Of a stretch of 64,000 nt of DNA, positions 12,301 to 24,300 are shown piece by piece. The notes beneath the pieces are model-generated. The model was given only the letters and a program-made list of their open reading frames with translations. It did no database searches and was not told where the DNA came from. The stretch is taken from the NCBI GenBank assembly GCA_976551045.1, contig CDPCPM010000133.1, positions 2,356,001 through 2,420,000 on the forward strand, in the 5' to 3' direction. The DNA is from Glaucostegus cemiculus (lineage: Eukaryota). How positions within the stretch are numbered: position 1 is the stretch's first letter; each line of letters opens with the position of its first letter. The translations under genes were made by a program, and so were the position numbers.

Positions 12301-15300
12301 TTTTGTAGGAGTTTCAGGAGAGGACCCGGTGATTGTAGATGATTCTATTGATGGATGTGTTTCTGATGGAGACGCGGTAATCGAAGATACTTCTGTTGTC
12401 AGATGGCTTTCTGATGATGATTCAGTTGTCGATGAAACTATCGATGATGTGGAGTATGTTTGTGTTGAAGACTCGAATACCGGCGTTGAAGTGGCTGCTG
12501 TTGAATGTGATTCTGATGGGGTTTCAGTCGTCTCTGAGGTCTGTGTTGTTAAGTGCGTTTCTGATGGCAACGTGGTTTCTGCGGTGGCTTGCGTTGACTT
12601 TGGATGTGCCGAGGTAAAATGTTCCTGGGTAGTAGTTTCAGTTGAGGAGACGGTGGTTGATGACTCTGTTGTTGTTGGATGTGATACAGATGAAGGTTCG
12701 GTGGTAGGTGTGACTTGGGTTGATTCAGAGAAGACTGCCGCTGAGCTCTCAGTTACAAAAGGTGATGTTGTTGCTGTTACATGGCTTTCTGAAGGGGATA
12801 CACTTTGTGAGGAAATTTGTGTTGTGCTTGGATAGGTTTGTGTTGACTGCACTGTTCTTGAAGATTCATGTGTTGTTGGATGTGTTTCTGAAGGCGACAA
12901 TGTGGTCGTAGAGATCTCTGATATCGGATGGGTTTGTGATGAAAGTTCAGTTGTCACGGAAGCTTCTGTTGTTGGATGTGTTTGTGAGGAGGACGCGGTA
13001 ATCGTAGATACTTCAGCTGTCGGATGGCTTTCTGATGATGATGATTCAATTTTTGACGAAACTACCGTTGATGTGGAGTATTTTTGTGTTGAGGACTCAG
13101 TCACCAGGGATCGAGTTGCTGTTGATAAATGAGTTTCTGACGGCGAGATAGTTTCGGACGAGGCTACTGCTGTACTTGTGTGGGTTTGTGTTGGCAATTC
13201 TGTACTTGGTGATTCCTGCGATGTTGGCTGTGTTTCTGCTGAGGCCGGTGTTGTTGATGATGCTTGTCTTCTTTTGGGTGTTTGTGATGAATATTGTGTT
13301 GTGGCTGTCTCTTCTGTTTTGCTCGGATATGTTGCTGATGGTGTCTCAGTTACTGCTGAGGTTGGTGTTGCTGAATGTGTTTCTGATGGCAAAATCTCCT
13401 CAGTGGAGGCCTTTGTTGTCTTTGGATGTGCCGAGGTAGAAGGTTCCTGGGTGCGATGTGTTTCAGTTGAGAAGACGGTGGTTGATGACTCTTCTGTTGT
13501 TGGATGTGATTCAGATGAAGACTCGGTGGTAGGTGTGACTTGCGTTGACCCAGAGTAGATTGCCGCTGAGCTTTCAGTCACGAAAGGCAAAGTTGTTGCT
13601 GTTACATGTGTTTCTGATGGGGACACACTTTCTGAGATAATTTTTGATGTGCTTGGATGGGTTTGTGTTGAGTGCTCTGTTCTTGCTGATTCATGTGTTG
13701 TGGGATGTGTTTCTGAGGAGGACGTTGTGGATGTAGATATCTCCGATATTGGATGGGTTTGCGAGGACGGTTCAGTTGCCCCTGATGATTCTGTTGATGG
13801 TGAATTTGTTTCTGATGTCAGTGGAGTAATCAGTGAAAATGATGAGGAGGTGAGGTGCGATTCAGCTGGAGACACAGTTGCTGATGAAGCTTGTGTTGAG
13901 CTTTGATGGAGTTGCGTTGAATGTTCTGTACTGGATGATTCCAGTGTTGTTGGATGTGTTTCTGATGAAGGCTTGCTTGTTGATGATATGTGCGTTGTTG
14001 GTTGATAGGTCTCTGCGGAGGACTGAGTTGCCACTGATAATGGTGTTGGCGTTAAATCTATTTCTGATGGGGAAACAGTCACTGATGAAACCTCTGTTGT
14101 GCTTGGATAGGTTTGTGAAGAAAGTGTTGTTCTTGGTGATTCCTGGGTTTTTGTAGGAGTTTCAGGAGAGGACCTGGTGATTGTAGATGCTTCTGTTGAT
14201 GGATGTGTTTCTGATGAAGACGCGGTAATCGAAGATACTTCTGTTGTCAGATGGCTTTCTGATGATGATTCAGTTGTCGATGAAACTATCGATGATGTGG
14301 AGTATGTTTGTGTTGAAGACTCGAATACCGGCGTTGAAGTGGCTGCTGTTGAATGTGATTCTGATGGGGTTTCAGTCGTCTCTGAGGTCTGTGTTGTTAA
14401 GTGCGTTTCTGATGGCAACGTGGTTTCTGCGGTGGCTTGCGTTGACTTTGGATGTGCCGAGGTAAAATGTTCCTGGGTAGTAGTTTCAGTTGAGGAGACG
14501 GTGGTTGATGACTCTGTTGTTGTTGGATGTGATACAGATGAAGGTTCGGTGGTAGGTGTGACTTGGGTTGATTCAGAGAAGACTGCCGCTGAGCTCTCAG
14601 TTACAAAAGGTGATGTTGTTGCTGTTACATGGCTTTCTGAAGGGGATACACTTTGTGAGGAAATTTGTGTTGTGCTTGGATAGGTTTGTGTTGACTGCAC
14701 TGTTCTTGAAGATTCATGTGTTGTTGGATGTGTTTCTGAAGGCGACAATGTGGTCGTAGAGATCTCTGATATCGGATGGGTTTGTGATGAAGGTTCAGTT
14801 GTCACGGAAGCTTCTGTTGTTGGATGTGTTTGTGAGGAGGACGCGGTAATCGTAGATACTTCAGCTGTCGGATGGCTTTCTGATGATGATGATTCAATTT
14901 TTGACGAAACTACCGTTGATGTGGAGTATTTTTGTGTTGAGGACTCAGTCACCAGGGATCGAGTTGCTGTTGATAAATGAGTTTCTGACGGCGAGATAGT
15001 TTCGGACGAGGCTACTGCTGTACTTGTGTGGGTTTGTGTTGGCAATTCTGTACTTGGTGATTCCTGCGATGTTGGCTGTGTTTCTGCTGAGGCCGGTGTT
15101 GTTGATGATGCTTGTCTTCTTTTGGGTGTTTGTGATGAATATTGTGTTGTGGCTGTCTCTTCTGTTTTGCTCGGATATGTTGCTGATGGTGTCTCAGTTA
15201 CTGCTGAGGTTGGTGTTGCTGAATGTGTTTCTGATGGCAAAATCTCCTCAGTGGAGGCCTTTGTTGTCTTTGGATGTGCCGAGGTAGAAGGTTCCTGGGT

Positions 15301-18300
15301 GCGATGTGTTTCAGTTGAGAAGACGGTGGTTGATGACTCTTCTGTTGTTGGATGTGATTCAGATGAAGACTCGGTGGTAGGTGTGACTTGCGTTGACCCA
15401 GAGTAGATTGCCGCTGAGCTTTCAGTCACGAAAGGCAAAGTTGTTGCTGTTACATGTGTTTCTGATGGGGACACACTTTCTGAGATAATTTTTGATGTGC
15501 TTGGATGGGTTTGTGTTGAGTGCTCTGTTCTTGCTGATTCATGTGTTGTGGGATGTGTTTCTGAGGAGGACGTTGTGGATGTAGATATCTCCGATATTGG
15601 ATGGGTTTGCGAGGACGGTTCAGTTGCCCCTGATGATTCTGTTGATGGTGAATTTGTTTCTGATGTCAGTGGAGTAATCAGTGAAAATGATGAGGAGGTG
15701 AGGTGCGATTCAGCTGGAGACACAGTTGCTGATGAAGCTTGTGTTGAGCTTTGATGGAGTTGCGTTGAATGTTCTGTACTGGATGATTCCAGTGTTGTTG
15801 GATGTGTTTCTGATGAAGGCTTGCTTGTTGATGATATGTGCGTTGTTGGTTGATAGGTCTCTGCGGAGGACTGAGTTGCCACTGATAATGGTGTTGGCGT
15901 TAAATCTATTTCTGATGGGGAAACAGTCACTGATGAAACCTCTGTTGTGCTTGGATAGGTTTGTGAAGAAAGTGTTGTTCTTGGTGATTCCTGGGTTTTT
16001 GTAGGAGTTTCAGGAGAGGACCTGGTGATTGTAGATGCTTCTGTTGATGGATGTGTTTCTGATGAAGACGCGGTAATCGAAGATACTTCTGTTGTCAGAT
16101 GGCTTTCTGATGATGATTCAGTTGTCGATGAAACTATCGATGATGTGGAGTATGTTTGTGTTGAAGACTCGAATACCGGCGTTGAAGTGGCTGCTGTTGA
16201 ATGTGATTCTGATGGGGTTTCAGTCGTCTCTGAGGTCTGTGTTGTTAAGTGCGTTTCTGATGGCAACGTGGTTTCTGCGGTGGCTTGCGTTGACTTTGGA
16301 TGTGCCGAGATAAAAGGTTCCTGGGTAGTAGTTGCAGTTGAGGAGACGGTGGTTGATGACTCTGTTGTTGTTGGGTGTGATACGGATGAAGGTTGGGTGG
16401 TAGGTGTGACTTGGGTTGATTCAGAGAAGACTGCCGCTGAGCTCTCAGTTACCAAAGGTGATGTTGTTGCTGTTACATGGCTTTCTGAAGGGGATACACT
16501 TTGTGAGGAAATTTGTGTTGTGCTTGGATAGGTCTGTGTTGACTGTACTGTTCTTGATGATTCATGTGTTGTTGGATGTGTTTCTGAAGGCGACGTTGTG
16601 GTCGTAGATATCTCCGATATTGGATGGGTTTGCGATGACGGTTCAGTTGCCACTGATGATTCTGTTGATGGTGAATTTGTTTCTGATGTCAGTGGAGTAA
16701 TCAGTGAAAATGATGAGGTGGTGAGGTGCGATTCAGCTGGAGACACAGTTGCTGATGAAGCTTGTGTTGAGCTTTGATGGAGTTGCGTTGAATGTTCTGT
16801 ACTGGATGATTCCAGTGTTGTTGGATGTGTTTCTGATGAAGGCTTGCTTGTTGATGATATGTGCGTTGTTGGTTGATAGGTCTCTGCGGAGGACTGAGTT
16901 GCCACTGATAATGGTGTTGTCGTTAAATGTATTTCTGATGGGGAAACAGTCACTGATGAAACCTCTGTTGTGCTTGGATAGGTTTGTGTTGAAAGTGTTG
17001 TTCTTGGTGATTCCTGGGTTTTTGTAGGAGTTTCAGGAGAGGACCTGGTGATTGTAGATGCTTCTGTTGATGGATGTGTTTCTGATGAAGACGCGGTAAT
17101 CGAAGATACTTCTGTTGTCAGATGGCTTTCTGATGATGATTCAGTTGTCGATGAAACTATCGATGATGTGGAGTATGTTTGTTTTGAAGACTCGAATACC
17201 GGCGTTGAAGTGGCTGCTGTTGAATGTGATTCTGATGGGGTTTCAGTCGTCTCTGAGGTCTGTGTTGTTAAGTGCGTTTCTGATGGCAACGTGGTTTCTG
17301 CGGTGGCTTGCGTTGACTTTGGATGTGCCGAGGTAAAAGGTTCCTGGGTAGTAGTTGCAGTTGAGGAGACGGTGGTTGATGACTCTGTTGTTGTTGGGTG
17401 TGATACGGATGAATGTTCGGTGGTTGGTGTGACTTGCGTTGATTCAGAGAAGACTGCCGCTGAGCGCTCAGTTACCAAAGGTGATGTTGTTGCTGTTACA
17501 TGGCTTTCTGACGGGGATACACTTTGTGAGGAAATTTGTGTTGTGCTTGGGTAGGTCTGTGTTGACTGTACTGTTCTTGATGATTCATGTGTTGTTGGAT
17601 GTGTTTCTGAAGGCGACGTTGTGGTCGTAGATATCTCCGATATTGGATGGGTTTGTGATGAAGGTTCAGTTGTCACGGAAGCTTCTGTTGTTGGATGTGT
17701 TTGTGAGGAGGACGCGGTAATCGTAGATACTTCAGCTGTCGGATGGCTTTCTGATGATGATGATTCAATTTTTGACGAAACTGCCGTTGATGTGGAGTAT
17801 TTTTGTGTTGAGGACTCAGTCACCAGGGATCGAGTTACTGTTGATAAATGTGTTTCTGACGGCGACATAGTTTCGGACGAGGCTGCTTTTGTATTTGTGT
17901 GGGTTTGTGTTGGCAATTCTGTACTTGGTGATTCCTGCGATGTTGGCTGTGTTTCTGCTGAGGCCGGTGTTGTTGATGATGCTTGTCTTCCTTTGGGTGT
18001 TTGTGATGAATATTGTGTTGTGGCTGTCTCTTCTGTTTTGCTTGGATGTGTTGCTGATGGTGTCTCAGTTACTGCTGAGGTTGGTGTTGCTGAATGTGTT
18101 TCTGATGGCAATATCTCTTCAGTGGAGGCCTTTGTTGTCTTTGGATGTGCCGAGGTAGAAGGTTCCTGGGTGCGATGTGTTTCAGTTGAGGAAACGGTGG
18201 TTGATGACTCTTCTGTTGTTGGATGTGATTCAGATGAAGACTCGGTGGTAGGTGTGACTTGCGTTGACTCAGAGTAGATTGACGCTGAGCTCTCAGTCAC

Positions 18301-21300
18301 GAAAGGCAAAGTTGTTGCTGTTACATGTGTTTCTGATGGGGACATACTTTCTGAGATAACTTTTGATGTGCTTCGATGGGTTTGTGTTGAGTGCCCTGTT
18401 CTTGCTGATTCATGTGTTGTGGGATGTGTTTCTGAGGAGGACGTTGTGGATGTAGACATCTCCGATATTGGATGGGTTTGCGATGACGGTTCAGTTGCCA
18501 CTGATGATTCTGTTGATGGTGAATTTGTTTCTGATGTCAGTCGAGTAATCAGTGAAAATGATGAGGAGGTGAGGTGCGATTCAGCTGGAGACACAGTTGC
18601 TGATGAAGCTTGTGTTGAGCTTTGATGGAGTTGCGTTGAATGTTCTGTACTGGATGATTCCAGTGTTGTTGGATGTGTTTCTGATGAAGGCTTGCTTGTT
18701 GATGATATGTGCGTTGTTGGTTGATAGGTCTCTGCGGAGGACTGAGTTGCCACTGATAATGGTGTTGTCGTTAAATGCATTTCTGATGGAGAAACAGTCA
18801 CTGATGAAACCTCTGTTGTGCTTGGATAGGTTTGTGTTGAAAGTGTTGTTCTTGGTGATTCCTGGGTTTTTGTAGGAGTTTCAGGAGAGGACCTGGTGAT
18901 TGTAGATGCTTCTGTTGATGGATGTTTTTCTGATGAAGACGCGGTAATCGAAGATACTTCTGTTGTCAGATGGCTTTCTGATGATGATTCAGTTGTCGAT
19001 GAAACTATCGATGATGTGGAGTATGTTTGTGTTGAAGACTCGAATACCGGCGTTGAAGTGGCTGCTGTTGAATGTGATTCTGATGGGGTTTCAGTCGTCT
19101 CTGAGGTCTGTGTTGTTAAGTGCGTTTCTGATGGCAACGTGGTTTCTGCGGTGGCTTGCGTTGACTTTGGATGTGCCGAGGTAAAAGGTTCCTGGGTAGT
19201 CGTTGCAGTTGAGGAGACGGTGGTTGATGAATCTGTTGTTGTTGGGTGTGATACGGATGAATGTTCGGTGGTTGGTGTGACTTGCGTTGATTCAGAGAAG
19301 ACTGCCGCTGAGCGCTCAGTTACCAAAGGTGATGTTGTTGCTGTTACATGGCTTTCTGACGGGGATACACTTTGTGAGGAAATTTGAGTTGTGCTTGGAT
19401 AGGTTTGTGTTGACTGTACTGTTCTTGATGATTCATGTGTTGTTGGATGTGTTTCTGAAGGCGACGTTGTGGTCGTAGATATCTCCGATATTGGATGGGT
19501 TTGTGATGAAGGTTCAGTTGTCACGGAAGCTTCTGTTGTTGGATGTGTTTGTGAGGAGGACACGGTAATCGTAGATACTTCTGCTGTCGGATGGCTTTCT
19601 GATGATGATGATTCAATTTTTGACGAAACTGCCGTTGATGTGGAGTATTTTTGTGTTGAGGACTCAGTCACCAGGGATCGAGTTGCTGTTGATAAATGTG
19701 TTTCTGACGGCGACATAGTTTCGGACGAGGCTGCTTTTGTATTTGTGTGGGTTTGTGTTGGCAATTCTGTACTTGGTGATTCCTGCGATGTTGGCTGTGT
19801 TTCTGCTGAGGCCGGTGTTGTTGATGATGCTTGTCTTCTTTTGGGTGTTTGTGATGAATTTTGTGTTGTGGCTGTTTCTTCTGTTTTGCTCGGATATGTT
19901 GCTGATGGTGTCTCAATTACTGCTGAGGTTGGTGTTGCTGAATGTGTTTCTGATGGCAATATCTCTTCAGTGGAGGCCTTTGTTGCCTTTGGATGTGCCG
20001 AGGTAGAAGGTTCCTGGGTGCGATGTGATTCAGTTGAGGAAACGGTGGTTGATGACTCTTCTGTTGTTGGATGTGATTCAGATGAAGACTCGGTGGTAGG
20101 TGTGACTTGCGTTGACTCAGAGTAGATTGACGCTGAGCTCTCAGTCACGAAAGGCAAAGTTGTTGCTGTTACATGTGTTTCTGATGGGGACATACTTTCT
20201 GAGATAACTTTTGATGTGCTTGGATGGGTTTGTGTTGAGTGCTCTGTTCTTGCTGATTCATGTGTTGTGGGATGTGTTTCTGAGGAGGATGTTGTGGATG
20301 TAGACATCTCCGATATTGGATGGGTTTGCGATGACGGTTCAGTTGCCACTGATGATTCTGTTGATGGTGAATTTGTTTCTGATGTCAGTGGAGTAATCAG
20401 TGAAAATGATGAGGAGGTGAGGTGCGATTCAGCTGGAGACACAGTTGCTGATGAAGCTTGTGTTGAGCTTTGATGGAGTTGCGTTGAATATTCTGTACTG
20501 GATGATTCCAGTGTTGTTGGATGTGTTTCTGATGAAGGCTTGCTTGTTGATGATATGTGCGTTGTTGGTTGATAGGTCTCTGCGGAGGACTGAGTTGCCA
20601 CTGATAATGGTGTTGTCGTTAAATGTATTTCTGATGGGGAAACAGTCACTGATGAAACCTCTGTTGTGCTTGGATAGGTTTGTGTTGAAAGTGTTGTTCT
20701 TGGTGATTCCTGGGTTTTTGTAGGAGTTTCAGGAGAGGACCTGGTGATTGTAGATGCTTCTGTTGATGGATGTGTTTCTGATGGAGACGCGGTAATCGAA
20801 GATACTTCTGTTGTCAGATGGCTTTCTGATGATGATTCAGTTGTCGATGAAACTATCGATGATGTGGAGTATGTTTGTGTTGAAGACTCGAATACCGGCG
20901 TTGAAGTGGCTGCTGTTGAATGTGATTCTGATGGGGTTTCAGTCGTCTCTGAGGTCTGTGTTGTTAAGTGCGTTTCTGATGGCAACGTGGTTTCTGCGGT
21001 GGCTTGCGTTGACTTTGGATGTGCCGAGGTAAAAGGTTCCTGGGTAGCAGTTGCAGTTGAGGAGACGGTGGTTGATGACTCTGTTGTTGTTGGGTGTGAT
21101 ACGGATGAATGTTCGGTGGTAGGTGTGACTTGCGTTGATTCAGAGAAGACTGCCGCTGAGCGCTCAGTTACCAAAGGTGATGTTGTTGCTGTTACATGGC
21201 TTTCTGACGGGGATACACTTTGTGAGGAAATTTGTGTTGTGCTTGGATAGGTTTGTGTTGACTGTACTGTTCTTGATGATTCATGTGTTGTTGGATGTGT

Positions 21301-24300
21301 TTCTGAAGGCGACGTTGTGGTCGTAGATATCTCCGATATTGGATGGGTTTGTGATGAAGGTTCAGTTGTCACGGAAGCTTCTGTTGTTGGATGTGTTTGT
21401 GAGGAGGACGCGGTAAACATAGATACTTCTGCTGTCGGATGGCTTTCTGATGATGATGATTCAATTTTTGACGAAACTGCCGTTGATGTGGAGTATTTTT
21501 GTGTTGAGGACTCAGTCACCAGGGATCGAGTTGCTGTTGATAAATGTGTTTCTGACGGCGACATAGTTTCGGACGAGGCTGCTTTTGTATTTGTGTGGGT
21601 TTGTGTTGGCAATTCTGTACTTGGTGATTCCTGCGATGTTGGCTGTGTTTCTGCTGAGGCCGGTGTTGTTGAGGATGCTTGTCTTCCTTTGGGTGTTGTG
21701 GCTGTCTCTTCTGTTTTGCTTGGATGTGTTGCTGATGGTGTCTCAGTTACTGCTGAGGTTGGTGTTGCTGAATGTGTTTCTGATGGCAATATCTCTTCAG
21801 TGGAGGCCTTTGTTGTCTTTGGGTGTGCCGAGGTAGAAGGTTCCTGGGTGCGATGTGCTTCAGTTGAGGAAACGGTGGTTGATGACTCTTCTATTGTTGG
21901 ATGTGATTCAGATGAAGACTCGGTGGTAGGTGTGACTTGCGTTGACTCAGAATAGATTGACGCTGAGCTCTCAGTCACGAAAGGCAAAGTTGTTGCTGTT
22001 ACATGTGTTTCTGATGGGGACACACTTTCTGAGATAATTTTTGATGTGCTTGGATGGGTTTGTGTTGAGTGCTTTGTTCTTGCTGATTCATGTGTTGTGG
22101 GATGTGTTTCTGAGGAGGACGTTGTGGATGTAGATATCTCCGATATTGGATGGGTTTGCGAGGACGGTTCAGTTGCCACTGATGATTCTGTTGATGGTGA
22201 ATTTGTTTCTGATGTCAGTCGAGTAATCAGTGAAAATGATGAGGAGGTGAGGTGCGATTCAGCTGGAGACACAGTTGCTGATGAAGCTTGTGTTGAGCTT
22301 TGATGGAGTTGCGTTGAATGTGCTGTACTGGATGATTCCAGTGTTGTTGGATGTGTTTCTGATGAAGGCTTGCTTGTTGATGATATGTGCAATGTTGGTT
22401 GATAGGTCTCTGCGGAGGACTGAGTTGCCACTGTTAATGGTGTTGTCGTTAAATGTATTTCTGATGGGGAAACACTCACTGATGAAACCTCTGTTGTGCT
22501 TGGATAGGTTTGTGTTGAAAGTGTTGTTCTTGGTGATTCCTGGGTTTTTGTAGGAGTTTCAGGAGAGGACCTGGTGATTGTAGAAGCTTCTGTTGATGGA
22601 TGTGTTTCTGATGAAGACGCGGTAATCGAAGATACTTCTGTTGTCAGATGGCTTTCTGATGATGATTCAGTTGTCGATGAAACTATCGATGATGTGGAGT
22701 ATGTTTGTGTTGAAGACTCGAACACTGGCGTTGAAGTGGCTGCTGTTGAATGTGATTCTGATGGGGTTTCAGTCGTCTCTGAGGTCTGTGTTGTTAAGTG
22801 CGTTTCTGATGGCAACGTGGTTTCTGCGGTGGCTTGCGTTGACTTTGGATGTGCCGAGGTAAAAGGTTCCTGGGTAGCAGTTGCAGTTGAGGAGACGGTG
22901 GTTGATGACTCTGTTGTTGTTGGGTGTGATACGGATGAATGTTCGGTGGTAGGTGTGACTTGCGTTGATTCAGAGAAGACTGCCGCTGAGTGCTCAGTTA
23001 CCAAAGGTGATGTTGTTGCTGTTACATGGCTTTCTGACGGGGATACACTTTGTGAGGAAATTTGTGTTGTGCTTGGATAGGTTTGTGTTGACTGTACTGT
23101 TCTTGATGATTCATGTGTTGTTGGACGTGTTTCTGAAGGCGACGTTGTGGTCGTAGATATCTCCGATATTGGATGGGTTTGTGATGAAGGTTCAGTTGTC
23201 ACGGAAGCTTCTGTTGTTGGATGTGTTTGTGAGGAGGACGCGGTAATCGTAGATACTTCTGCTGTCGGATGGCTTTCTGATGATGATGATTCAATTTTTG
23301 ACGAAACTGCCGTTGATGTGGAGTATTTTTGTGTTGAGGACTCAGTCACCAGGGATCGAGTTACTGTTGATAAATGTGTTTCTGACGGCGACATAGTTTC
23401 GGACGAGGCTGCTTTTGTATTTGTGTGGGTTTGTGTTGGCAATTCTGTACTTGGTGATTCCTGCGATGTTGGCTGTGTTTCTGCTGAGGCCGGTGTTGTT
23501 GAGGATGCTTGTCTTCCTTTGGGTGTTGTGGCTGTCTCTTCTGTTTTGCTTGGATGTGTTGCTGATGGTGTCTCAGTTACTGCTGAGGTTGGTGTTGCTG
23601 AATGTGTTTCTGATGGCAATATCTCTTCAGTGGAGGCCTTTGTTGTCTTTGGGTGTGCCGAGGTAGAAGGTTCCTGGGTGCGATGTGCTTCAGTTGAGGA
23701 AACGGTGGTTGATGACTCTTCTATTGTTGGATGTGATTCAGATGAAGACTCGGTGGTAGGTGTGACTTGCGTTGACTCAGAATAGATTGACGCTGAGCTC
23801 TCAGTCACGAAAGGCAAAGTTGTTGCTGTTACATGTGTTTCTGATGGGGACACACTTTCTGAGATAACTTTTGATGTGCTTGGATGGGTTTGTGTTGAGT
23901 GCCCTGTTCTTGCTGATTCATGTGTTGTGGGATGTGTTTCTGAGGAGGACGTTGTGGATGTAGACATCTCCGATATTGGATGGGTTTGCGATGACGGTTC
24001 AGTTGCCACTGATGATTCTGTTGATGGTGAATTTGTTTCTGATGTCAGTCGAGTAATCAGTGAAAATGATGAGGAGGTGAGGTGCGATTCAGCTGGAGAC
24101 ACAGTTGCTGATGAAGCTTGTGTTGAGCTTTGATGGAGTTGCGTTGAATGTTCTGTACTGGATGATTCCAGTGTTGTTGGATGTGTTTCTGATGAAGGCT
24201 TGCTTGTTGATGATATGTGCGTTGTTGGTTGATAGGTCTTTGCGGAGGACTGAGTTGCCACTGATAATGGTGTTGTCGTTAAATGCATTTCTGATGGAGA

